Shown piece by piece: positions 24,239-36,091 of a DNA stretch of 64,000 nucleotides. The translations under genes and the position numbers were made by a program. Under the pieces are notes generated by a model, which searched no databases, was not told where the DNA came from, and saw only the letters and a list, made by a program, of their open reading frames with translations. The stretch's first letter is position 1, and every line of letters starts with the position of its first letter. The DNA is from Pocillopora damicornis (taxonomy: Eukaryota). Location: positions 124,001-188,000 of the forward strand of contig NW_020844494.1 in the NCBI RefSeq assembly GCF_003704095.1, read 5' to 3'.

Positions 24239-26987
24239 TATAATTTACATTTTCAGCAGCTGATGCAAGCCGGGACTGGTTCCCAGGTGATGAAGAGTCA
24301 TTTTCCCCAGTGGTGTCCCCACAGTCAATCTGTTGCCATAAATAGCAGCTTGCGTTGCATACGGCTTCGAAAGTGAAGAGGAAAACATTCTTTTTCGTTT
24401 TTGAAAGTTCCTGAACCGGGAAACTTATTCTAAAGTGGACCTGAATTGGAGTAGACATCAAAGTTGACCTGGGCCTGGAACAGAGCGTTTTTTTTTTTCC
24501 TTTTACGCGCACAGGTGCGGAAAAGGTTATTTCTAACTAAATTGACACACTGAACTTGGGAAAAAGGACTCCTTGTAATCTGTACAATTTAAGCTAAGAG
24601 TTTCAGGCAGACGAAGTTGTCCATGCCCTTCACTTAACTACATTTATTTCCGTTCGCAAACGGCAAGAATTATTGAAAGTTTCGGCTTTCTACTTCGAAA
24701 GATAGTTGCATTTATAAATGAAAAGAAGACGATTTTTCCGATCTGTTTTCTCTGTTGGAGCTCAGTCAAGGGTTGCAAATATAATTTTATTTCAGGGTAT
24801 TCGTGTTTACAATGTTGGAAGTAACTGGAGCTACTTTCAAATTGGCTGTAGCTTTAATCCTGTCGGGCCATCCCCGTTCATGGTTAGAGATAAATTTTAA
24901 TAGCATTACCGCCAATTTACGCGTATTACGAATTACCGTTAAGGGGATTGCACATGACCCAATAAATACCAGGAACATACGTCAGTCTCACAAATTTTGC
25001 AGCGTTTTATCAGTTACCTTAAATCTATCCGCCTTTAGCACAAAGGAACATTCAGCTTTTCTAATTTCCGGGGTACAGGTCAATCAAGATTGAGAGGTTT
25101 TCTAGTCTTACAAAAATAACATTAATATTCATAACATTTTAACTCGCCATATATGCAAATCCAGCTGTTTTAACACTGTGAATAAATAATTTAATGTTAC
25201 GCTTCCACGAGTAAACTCCAGTAGTTTGTACTCCAGCTTTCAATGACGTTCTTGCGTAAGTAGGTAAGTCTGATTTAAGTGTTTTTCAAACTTTGATAAG
25301 CAATACTCCATATCAGGACAAAAATATCATGCGAAGACCAGGTTAATTGCACTGTTACAGATTCGTTGGGCAAGTTTCGACGTCAACTATTATTCAAAAT
25401 TTTGCAGACGTTGTCTTCTTTATGTAACATTTTGTACACAGTTCGTGTTCTGAGCCAATTTTCTGTTATCAACCTTGTGAAAATATAACGCCTTAATCCA
25501 GCGAGCTGTGCATATTCACAGTGAACTTTGCACCCACTTCAAGACTATCATTTTGTCGATGTGGAAGATAATACGATAGATCACAACAATTCAATATTAT
25601 GTTTTTCGAAAGCCAGTTGACTATGCAACGTTTCTCCTCGTCACTAACAATTTTAGGTTTGATTGATTTCGGCTTCATGAACGGAAGTTTAAAATGCATG
25701 GGTGAAAAACTCGTTCAAAACAAGCTGATCAGAGGCATGTCCTCAGAGGTTCATAACAATCAACTATAGTATAGTTTGATTTTCATATCGGCAAGAAGTT
25801 GACGATAAAGAATTGGTTCGCTTACTTCCGCTGACTCATTCTCAAATATAAAATCGAAAAAAAAAGGTAAGACTTGGACTGATGAATAATTTGAGTAAAA
25901 GTCTTACCATCAGAGACATATCTAGTTAATTTCTATGAAATTTGAGCTCTCGTGAAAACGAAAATACTAAAGTAAATACTGTAGAAATCCAACGCCAATT
26001 ACGTAATCGCAAAAATGATGAGTTCTTTCGCAAATTTCAAAAAGAATTGTTACAAATGTTAATAACAATAATACAAGCTCACAAAAGATGATTATCAACT
26101 GAGGGTATATAATTCTCATTCTGCAAAACAACTTTAAAAGTTATTGAGAACGCGTTCAGGTGAATGTGTTCTGAATGGTGGAAGAAGATACTGTTCATTA
26201 AGCAGATTAAGTCACGGCAACAGATAACAAGTGGTTGTCAAGGCAGTTGTATCTACAGAATCAGGAAACTAATGATTTCTATTCTTTTAGAACATCATGA
26301 AGATACTAACTGGTATTCTCCATGTTAGTCCAGCATACACGAAAGAAAAACGCGAAAAAAAAAACACGCGCGTTCGTCTAAAGGGAGCTCAGTAATCAAT
26401 AGTTGCATTGTTGTTAGCTGATAACAAAAAAATCCCATGAATTACATCTTTTCGATCTTCCCAAGCCGGATCGCATTATTGAGGAAGGCATTTTTTCACC
26501 GTTATCTCTTGACAAATCGAAGCTATATTCGTTGAAAGGTTTTTTTATCCCTCTGTTTTGTGAGCATGTTGCTTCAACGCCCAAAAGTAGTACACTTATG
26601 ACGATAAGTACCTGGTCTTTTCTTCGCTTTTCTTTTACATTTTATATCTTTTTATGAATTTGTCTGCATTTTTGCTTCATTCGCTCATTTGTCCGTGTAT
26701 TTGTTTGTTTTTTTTCCTTGTTTGTTTTTTTTTGGTCAGTTTGTCATCTTGTTTGCGGTTACATTCACTTGCGCCTTTTTGTGTGATTGCTAGTCATCTG
26801 CTTTAACCCGAAGTTAGTCTGATTGTTTGATTCGGTTGTTGGCATGCGTTGGTTGGCTGTCAAATTCGGATGAATTTTTCGTGTTAGTATCGTTGCATAT
26901 GATCTTATATGCGGCATGAGTGATATTGGTGAAACTAAACATATATCTTTTAAGTGCATTTTTAATGATTTCTTTCCAGCTTACAGG

Positions 26988-28699
26988 ATGGAGAAACCAG
27001 TGATAATAATTTCTCAAGTTGCGATCATTCTGACAGCCTTAGTTTCTTTTATAGCAGGTAAATAACATTGTTACGATTCATTCACAGGTTGCCTTTAACT
27101 GTGTCTGTTAAAGCAAATTAATTTTTAAGATAATCACTAGCAACCTCTGTTTAGAAAGTTGCATCAGAGTTACTTATTTCCAATTCAGTTACACTGGTTC
27201 TGATTTCCCCATCTCTTTGACTGGTCCAAAAAAACAATCGCGCGCGACCCTGGGCAAAACTAAAACCAATTACAACTGCCACCCGCGTTTTCTCAAACTT
27301 TGGGCAGTTGGCTCAATGCTTTTATTCTGACCTGTTTGGGTTGTCCTTGAGATGTTTTCTTCGTTCTGCATGATCAGACAATCAATCCAAAAAGCGCTGC
27401 ACACGTCTGACTCAGGCACAGGGTCTGTAAGACAGCACATGAGAGGCTCCTGCGGGTTTCATTACACGGTAGCGAAATCATAAGAACAAGCGACGTCAAG
27501 TTTACGTGAGAGTCATTCGCCAACCTGATTTAAATCTACTCATCAGGGAAACCAACAGGCTCATCTTCTAATCTTTTGTAACTTTAGCGAAAATGTTTGC
27601 ATTTAAAGTCAAAGCTCAGATAACTTTCTTTCCTTTACTGGGCTAATTTTGACCACAAATACCCCTCTTTTTTCTTTCTCAATAGCACAATCCACGTCTT
27701 TCAGCCCAACACCATCCATTCAACAAACATTTGCTGTTTCAAATCAGACTGAGATGCTTAACGCTTCAATGACAACAGTTCAACATCAAATAACATCCGT
27801 TCATGTCCAACCTTCATCAACGGAAGTCAGTCGTCCAAACAGCAAAATAATGAGTACTCCTCCCAGCTCTACAGCAAGTAAGTATATAAATTCTAATTCT
27901 AACAAAGTAGCACAGGAAACATCCCAACCACAAAGCAAGCTTGCAAGGATGAATGTTCAAATATCTTAAACAACGCAAACATATCAATATATTGATACAC
28001 ACCAAAAACTAAGGGGGTGGGGATCTGCGTTTTCATGGCTGCTTCAAGTGCGTTGCTTAGGGCTTCTAAGACACGTGACCTCCATCCCAACTTCCCCACC
28101 CCGTCCTTTTGAAGAATCTTGTAACCGTCTCTTCTTGCCCAAATCTATCCGTTTTAAGAATATTCCAATCTTTCTCATCAACTTTCTTTCATAGCTAGCT
28201 AACCTTGTGTTCCATTTCTGGGTTTTCATACAGTTTGAAGAATTTACCGCTTTGTTCAGCCTCTCCGTTCTTTTTTGATGCCCGATAAAATAACCTTGAG
28301 ATTCTTTAACGATGTTGCAATAATTTTGCCTTGACACGCAGTCACATATGCGTCCAGAAATCTCCCCCAACCCAACTAATCAGACGAAACACTTACATTA
28401 ATCACAATTTAGTCCTGTTTGAGACAAAAACGAACATTTGAAATGAGTTGCCACTGGCTCTCTCTAGCCTTTTCCTTTGTTCTGATTGGCCGTCAAAATC
28501 CTTCATCAAACTGCCCATTAACTGCAATTTTTGTATCATTTTAATTAAAACAGAAGTCAACGAAGAAGACAAAATAGAAGAGGATGAGGATAAAAAGAAA
28601 GAGACGGCGATTATAGCGGCTAGTTGCGGAGGAGCAGCCGTCGTGTTTATTGGTTTAACGTTAGTAATATGGAATCACAGAAAAGAGGGCAACACATAA
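26988..28699 (+). CDS. Small type-I membrane protein (135 aa): signal peptide, Ser/Thr-rich ectodomain, acidic stalk, TM helix, short tail
   Basis: Phase-1 linked exons 26988-27057 (MEKPVIIISQVAIILTALVSFIA), 27686-27877 (S/T/P-rich, with NQT and NAS sequons) and 28554-28699 (VNEEDKIEEDEDKKKE-TAIIAASCGGAAVVFIGLTLVIW-NHRKEGNT*). Confidence 0.75.
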
Positions 28700-29769
28700 C
28701 TAAATGAAGTACGACAGAAACCTAAGATCCTCTGAGTAGCGAGTAGCCAAGTATTATAAACACAAGTTATTTTCCTGATCAATAGTTGCACTTAAAGCTC
28801 AGCAAAGTAGTTGGCTAAGCCAAGATAAATCTCGCGTCAAACTGACGCAAAGTCGAAACACGACCTGGGTGCTTTCAGGAAAATCTTGATGGTCGTTATT
28901 TTATTGCTAGACTGTTTTCGTTTTTGTTTTTTTTGTTTGTTTTTATTTGTGAATGGCAGTTTAGGCTAATACCAGTTCCCACATAAATAGAGAGAAAAAA
29001 AATAATTTTTGTAGCATTCGAAAACTGTGATCATAACTACAGTAGCTATCTTATAGATGGACAGATAGACAGACTGATCTTCTTTGTAGGCTTCTGCTTA
29101 GAATTGTCAGGGTTTTTTTGTTTGTTTGTTTCGCTTTTGTAAAGCTTTATTGTCAACCACTCTCAGTTACCTTTAAAATGTATCAGGAGGATAAAAACTA
29201 CTTAACTTGTTTCTAAATTATGTTTTTTCATAATGCATCAATCTGCGATCAGTGTCAAATTTAATTGACGCATCATTTTTGAAGAGTTCTATTTGTGTAG
29301 AGTAACACTCATGTTTCTACCACAGTCTAAATCAATGACAAAAGGCAAATAAATATTTTAACCAAGAAGAGGGTGAATATGTTGACCTGAGAAGAGCAAA
29401 AAAGATAAAATTGAAGTAATAGGGGGTTGAAAAGGTCAATGTATCAATAATTTTCATGCCAAAAATTTGGCTCAAAACTGTAATAAATAAAATTGAAAAC
29501 TGTTGACACTCAATTAAATATGTACCATCTTACCTGCCTATTGATTAAAAAACTATCATTTGTGTATTTTTTCTTCTTTTTCATAATTCAAGAGTTCTCT
29601 GCATTATCCAAAACTAATGCTTAAATCAAAACTTCACAAGATATCACAATTTGACGGAATCTGGCAGAAAATAAATTACCCCATTTTCTAGCTTAGTTTT
29701 GGCTCTCTGTTCACCATACACAGATCATGTTATTTTGCTCACACTTGCCTTACAATTGTTACTTGTGTA

Positions 29770-29945
29770 CATTAACATTGCACCACTAATGATCACTCAC
29801 TGTGTGAGTAATCACATTAACATTGCACCACTCATGATCACTCACTGTGTGAGTAATCACATTAACATTGCACCACTCATGATCACTCACTGTGTGAGTA
29901 ATCACATTAACATTGCACCACTCACAATCACTCACTGTGTGAGTA
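29770..29945. repeat. Minisatellite, ~4 x 45 bp
   Basis: The unit attaacattgcaccactcatgatcactcactgtgtgagtaatcac starts at 29771, 29816, 29861 and 29906. Confidence 0.95.
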
Positions 29946-30534
29946 GCTGAGGTTAACTTGATCATGGCAGATGAGATACCAGTAATCCACTAAACATTAA
30001 GTAGCAAGGATACTGGTAAATTACATGTACACCTTACTGACACAATAACCAGTGTTTACATTTCAGTAGCCAGTCTAAGATGGTTCATAATGGTAATTGA
30101 ACTGAGTGGAATACAATTTGATCAGAAATTATATGCATGATTTGAAATCACAAGTTAGTATGATTTGAGACCAAAATTGCACCACACAAAGATCAATTAC
30201 CACTTTATTACCAGTACATCCTATGTAATAAATACAATTGCTCAGTTCAAGTTTTTTTACTCTGAATAAATATTTTATTGATTCAGTATACTGAGCTGGT
30301 TTATAAAAAAATGCAAAAGTTGTCTCTCATTCTCCTGTGATTTGATTCATACCTATTAACAAGCACTGAAATTTGATTGGTTGTTGTGTTTTAGTAAAGC
30401 TGTCTCATTAGCTTGCAAGGTAACATTATACAGGTGTGTCCATACAGAGCAGGAAGACTTCATCCCTTGTCCTTCCTGGCCTCCTTTCACTTATGATTTT
30501 GTTGAGAAAGAAGACAAAATGCATTCTACTAAGC

Positions 30535-32217
30535 CTACAATTCAAATTCAAACAGTTCCTTTGTTCCCTTTCCAACTTTTTGAAAGCTCCTCTTTATAGA
30601 AATCAGCTGCTTCTCGTTAAACTTATATTTCTCATTATTGAAGATTTCTTTTTCCAGAGTGTCAAAGATTGCCCTTGTTTCAACATCCACATGAGAGAGA
30701 CACCAAGCAAATTGCTGTATATCTCTTTCATAAAAATCAGACAATTCATTGGCTAAAAGGGAAGAACATAAAAGCCGGTAAAACTTTTTGCTTCCTTTGT
30801 TTGCCTCAACAAATCCTTGAAAGAGCAAAAGTTTTTCCTCCTTAGAAAACACACTTAAGCCGCGTCGAGATACTTCAGCTTCTATTGAGTCAAACAGCTC
30901 ACTATCTGACTTCTCTGTTCTTGCCAGACACCACGCAACCTGACATAAATGAGTACTGGCAATTTGTTTTACACTCCTGACACACAACTCGCCTTCAATT
31001 TCACTGATTAATTTGTCATCATATCTCTGAGCTGAAAAGAATGAAAGCAAGATCAATACAAGTTCATGTGTGTGGAGAGTTTGAACACCTCGGTCAAACA
31101 ACTCTTCCTTCACAACATCAAATATGGCTCCTTCCAAAAAATGTCTTGTACTGAAAGTCCACACAATATCCAAGAGTTCAGCATTGCGTAAACATCCTGC
31201 ACCCTGGGAGACAAGTTTACCATCCAGTGATCGGAAAAATTTCTTGCTTCCTTTCTCAGCTTTCCCAAATGCCCATAGAATTTTAAAAAAATCAATTTTG
31301 TTTAATTCAGTCATGTCTTGGCTTATTATTTCTGCCTCAACTTTGTCAAACAGTTTATCAGCATCCTGTTCCTTCCTTGCAAATGACCAGACAAACTCTG
31401 CTATAGGTTGACTGTTCATTGAATTTATATCTCTTGACAGAAATTCTTCCAAAAAAGCCTCAAATAACTGTACAGAACCATTACTGGTTTCAGCAAATGA
31501 ATATAATATCCCAGATAAATGAGGATTCTCAAGATCACAAATTTTAACATCACCATCTAAAATGGCTTGTTCAAACTTTGGAAATATTGGACTTTTTGTC
31601 ATTTTGAGGTTTGCACATCCATTTAAAATCTGAAAGATGTTTTCATAGGTAAAAACTGACATGCCACAAGCCAGAATCTTTTTCTCACAGAGTTGGAGCA
31701 GCTTTTTATGCTTTTCTCCATTAATTCCCAGACTCCACATCAAAATGGCAAGATTCTGAGGAAGGCATCTGTATAGTTTCTCCAAAATGCTATCCAGTAA
31801 TTCAGTGTATGCATTGCTTTTTTCTTGTTTCAGAACTTTCTTCTGTTCTTCATCTTTTTCTGTGATCTTGGCAATGTTGTAGAGTATAGCAATGCGATTC
31901 ACAATATCAGTCATATATTTAACCTCCATGAAAAAATCAAGTTGCTTGTCAACTGTTTCCAGCGTGTCAATTTTTCTCTCAATTATCATTTTCACTTTGG
32001 TTGGACGGAGGGATTTTAAATCTGTTGAATATTCCATGGATGGACGGAACACTAAAACACTTTTTGTGTTCCCTGTCACTTTCCTAACTCTTCTTGATCC
32101 ACATGAAGCACTGTACATGACACTGGAATCTTGGAATAAATTTGAGGAAAACTTGCGAATCAGAAGTGGAAACACATACATGGGTCGAAAAATTCTAGAG
32201 AAACCCAACATCATCAT
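30535..32217 (-). CDS. Intronless helical-repeat protein with ~11 tandem ~38-aa repeats (OPR/HPR/FASTK-like), probable mitochondrial presequence
   Basis: 560-aa ORF with repeats such as QNLAILMWSLG, QPIAEFVWSFAR, IDFFKILWAFGK, AELLDIVWTFST, THLCQVAWCLAR and RDIQQFAWCLSH in a 38-aa register. The N-terminus is Arg/Ser-rich and acid-poor. No C-terminal RAP domain is evident. Confidence 0.75.
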   Translation of the reverse strand: MMMLGFSRIFRPMYVFPLLIRKFSSNLFQDSSVMYSASCGSRRVRKVTGNTKSVLVFRPSMEYSTDLKSLRPTKVKMIIERKIDTLETVDKQLDFFMEVKYMTDIVNRIAILYNIAKITEKDEEQKKVLKQEKSNAYTELLDSILEKLYRCLPQNLAILMWSLGINGEKHKKLLQLCEKKILACGMSVFTYENIFQILNGCANLKMTKSPIFPKFEQAILDGDVKICDLENPHLSGILYSFAETSNGSVQLFEAFLEEFLSRDINSMNSQPIAEFVWSFARKEQDADKLFDKVEAEIISQDMTELNKIDFFKILWAFGKAEKGSKKFFRSLDGKLVSQGAGCLRNAELLDIVWTFSTRHFLEGAIFDVVKEELFDRGVQTLHTHELVLILLSFFSAQRYDDKLISEIEGELCVRSVKQIASTHLCQVAWCLARTEKSDSELFDSIEAEVSRRGLSVFSKEEKLLLFQGFVEANKGSKKFYRLLCSSLLANELSDFYERDIQQFAWCLSHVDVETRAIFDTLEKEIFNNEKYKFNEKQLISIKRSFQKVGKGTKELFEFEL

Positions 32218-32587
32218 TTTTCTTGCCTCATAAAATCGTCAGCCTCCCTCAATACACTTACTCTAAAAAAAATAAATCACAAATTATCAAACAAATGACT
32301 TAATAACTACGAAGCAATTAATTATGATAAGAAATACACAGCCAGCTTTTCTGAGCTCTGTAAATCAAATGTAGTCAATCGGAGATCATATCAACATGGC
32401 TCGCTCTTGAGGGTTTCGAGATACCTTGCTAGAAGTTTGTTTGTTTATTTTTAATACATGTTTACCTCAAGATGAATCTGATATAATNNNNNNNNNNNNN
32501 NNNNNNNNNNNNNNNNNNNNNNNNNNNNNNNNNNNNNNNNNNNNNNNNNNNNNNNNNNNNNNNNNNNNNNNNNNNNNNNNNNNNNNN

Positions 32588-33219
32588 GGATGTGGCTCGA
32601 GCATTAAACTACCTTCACCTAAAGAAACCATCTCCTATCATTCACCGCGATGTTAGCAGTGCCAATGTGTTGTTATGGCGACAAGGTGATCAATGGCGAG
32701 GCAAAGTGTCAGATTATGGCACAGCTAAATTTATGCAGCAGACCATGACAGTTTGTCCTGGTGCCAGGATATACAGTGCACCCGAGGCATTTACTACAAA
32801 TCAGACTGAGAAGGTATTTCTGATATATATGTTTGTCATTGTCATTTTTCAGGCTTGTATTTGGTTTTTACATTCTCTAATACTCGTGTAAAGATTAGAA
32901 CGATGCCAGTTAGCGGACATGCGATGAATGATAAGACTATCCTGACATGTAACTTCTGTTACCAAAAAAAAAAACTTAGTGAAGTGCTGTATCCTTTATT
33001 CCTCTTTGTGCATTGTTTCTTTTGCAGGTTGATGTGTACAGTTTTGGTGTTCTTCTGTGTGAGATTTGCACCCGGGAACAGCCAGACCCTGAACGGCGTA
33101 AAGAACAAGTTGTTAGGGTTAAAAACCGTGCGACTCGAGCTCTTATTAGAAGATGTTTGCATCAAGATCCTAAAGCGAGACCCAGTATGGAAGACATCAT
33201 TCGTGAACTACAAAAATAG
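32588..33219 (+). CDS. TKL-like Ser/Thr protein kinase, last two exons (5' part in gap 32488-32587)
   Basis: Exons (gap)-32813 and 33028-33219 encode LNYLH..IIHRDVSSANVLL..KVSDYG..YSAPE..K/VDVYSFGVLLCEI..C..DPKARPSM. Confidence 0.9.
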
Positions 33220-36091
33220 TTTGACTTTTCAATCTAACTGCATGAATCCTCAACGTTGTTTAATTTTGACATTTTTGAAGGTAGCAGCATCATTGTACAA
33301 ACATCTATTAAGTTATGAAAATTTTTAAAGCTAAAAAAACCGCCTTTTTTAGCAATGAATTGCTCCCACGAAAACACTTAAAATACATCAAAATGTAAAC
33401 TTTGAAGAAAGAATGGAATACCTTGCCTTTCTACACGAGCTTCAAAACAGTTAAGGTTTTAAGATCTTGTAATCTGCCAAAGTTCATCATCCTCAAAATC
33501 ATCACTTTTAGTTCATCTCTATCGTTTATACCGATATGATAACTTACCGTAGAGGAAAAAATCACTTTGACAAAAGAGACTGAACTTTGACAAGACACCA
33601 TCGTGAAACGGTTTTAAACTTGTTTCGTTTGGTTCAGTACATCGGTCTAAATTTTTTTCGTGTAATCATGTTTTGATCTTGAGTGAGTGTTTAAACATTA
33701 AAGAAAATACCATTAGAAAAATCTTAGATTTCTTTGTTTGGAGAAGAACTCTGTCTTTTTCAGTCAATTGAAAAAATAGCTGATGCAAAAAGTAAAGTGA
33801 TCAATATCATTCTGAGATTCTGTAAATTGATAGTTTTTTTGGATTCTTAAATATATTCTTTAATAAATTCATATTTCGTTGATTTTAAGCAGTTGTTCAG
33901 TCGTTTCAATTTGATTTAAGACTGAAGCTGTAATTTAACCAAAATATCTCATCCCATTTAGTTTTTCTCCAAGTTGTCAGCTGGCGCTCCACTTTAGAAT
34001 TTGGGGTTAAAACGCTCAAAGCTCTAATGCCTTTGATTATTCCTTTGTCACCACGTACTCCATAAGAAAAAAAGGCTATCTTGAAATGAAATTTGGCTCT
34101 TAAATACGCGACCATGACAACAACTCGTTCAAACAAGGAATTTCTTTGTTTTTATTTGCAGACGTCTCCGTCATGGACCATGTCCCAACGAATTCCTTAC
34201 TCCCCCCCCTCCCCCTACCTCCGAGATAAAAAAAAAAAAAACTACATCGATCCGGTTTACGGAAAGAATACGGCGTAAGAAGAAAATTTATTGAATTTGA
34301 AATTTTGAAATTGAATTTAGCTTTATCATTTTGCAACTGCGCATAAGACTGATAATTTTGATTCAATCGTAAATTCTCCCCACTGACCCTTAGTGATGTA
34401 TCAAGTAAAAATTAGTTTCGATAAACAATAATTAGCGAGGTTATAAAAATAAACGCACTGGGAGATTTGTGTTCATCGGTTATTGGTGCTAACATGTTCA
34501 CCAGGTAACATTAAAATGTATTTTGCAATTGAACTCTTTCTTCCGAGCAATTTATTGCCGTATTGCGGAATCAAAGTTGAAACCAAAGGTACGTTTACAA
34601 GGTATTCTTAAAAGTTCATCGTCAATCATATTGAACAGGATTTTACTTTTGTAACTTCTAGAATTTGAGCTAGTAAATTCAATATTTAACACCATCGAAT
34701 CATCTTCAAAATTGGTGATGACTGTCTTGCTGTGTATGAGAGGAAATTCGTGATACGAACCCGCTAGCTTATTCTTCCAGTGTCAGGTCCGTTGCAATAC
34801 TTAACTATAGTTTACATTCATCCTATAAAAGAGCAGGTGATGCGCTTTTCGAAAAAAATGGTTTAAGGCGTTTCGTTCGAAGTACAATCTTTTGAAAATC
34901 GGGATCCGGAGGGGTGAGGTATGTTGACTTGAATGGGGCACAGAGAACTTACCCCCCAACTCCCTCCTCTGGTCCGCCTGCTTCTCTGGGCTTGCAATTT
35001 GAGCATCTTCCTTGCACTCTTTCCACTTTTCCTCTCTCGACTCAATATAAAGCGGACGAACAAAGCAACGGGTTTTTTGTGAGAGAACAATTTCAACTTT
35101 TTGGCGTTACGCAGTCAAAGAGAAAAATGATCGTGATTGTTATCTTTGGAGCACGAGCAGGGATAAAGGTTGATATCATTAAAAGATCATCTCTGAAAAA
35201 TTATTCGAGGGCTCGAAGTCCCTGAAATTAACGCACGACTCTTTGGTAGCTGTCGGTCAAACATTTTCCCAGACTTAACATGCTCATGATGCTACTCGTT
35301 CTAAACCTCTGACTATAATCTTGACAAAATGCTTTTAGGAAGGAAATGCCTTATTTCAAAGTGTAACCCACATTGATGAGTCCTTGTCAGTATTCATGAT
35401 TATTTTGGAGGCCGCTGTATTTGGGAGAATCAGCGGGCAAAAGTTGCCTTTCATTATTAGGGAATAATCGGTTCTACCAGAAGAGTTTACTTATAACAGG
35501 AACGGTGCACGATTTTCAGGAATTATTAAGAAACGAGAATAAAAATACATTTGTAATCATTTTGTTATTGCTTCCAGTCCATGGTAGGAAAAGGGTTATT
35601 TTGTTTAATTAAAATTTTGCCGCATGTGATTGTTTAATTTCATGCAATACACTTCGTTGCTTTTCCGAAGTGTCTTTATTAGATACATTTAAAGGTCCAT
35701 TTTTATTATTCCTCCCCTATACAAACAAAAAGAAACACAAACAGGTGGCCACTTGTTAAATATTCATAGTTGCCCTCAAAGAAACAAGTAGCGATCAGTT
35801 TGTTATGAAAACATTGATCTTTCTCTTGTCTCAGTGAGGTAACAGTCATCAATTAAAAAGAGCGAGCGAGCCAGGAAAGGAATAAGAATCTCCACCTTAA
35901 AAGTGGTAAACACCTGTGAATTGTTACACCTCCACACTTACACCGGCGTCACTAACTTTCATGTATGTGCTGTAACGCAAAAGCAAAGCTAAGAATTTAA
36001 TAAATTGTAACCAAATTTTGAATATCAACATAACAATTTGATTGTATTTCTAAATTTATTTTCTAATTACTCTTCATTCCACAGAATAAGG

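Noticed and set aside
24171-24512. ORF-track proteins 24171-24512, 23929-24207 and 23957-24376
   Set aside because: These are off-frame or antisense overlaps of the Rab exons and 5' UTR.
29770-29945. CRISPR-like array or 15-aa repeat protein (ORF 29699-29950)
   Set aside because: The units are contiguous with no unique spacers, there are no cas genes and the context is eukaryotic. The ORF is a by-product of a unit length divisible by 3.
32588-33219. DYG instead of DFG as a sign of a pseudokinase
   Set aside because: The catalytic HRD, Asn and Mg-binding Asp are intact, and DYG is a tolerated variant.
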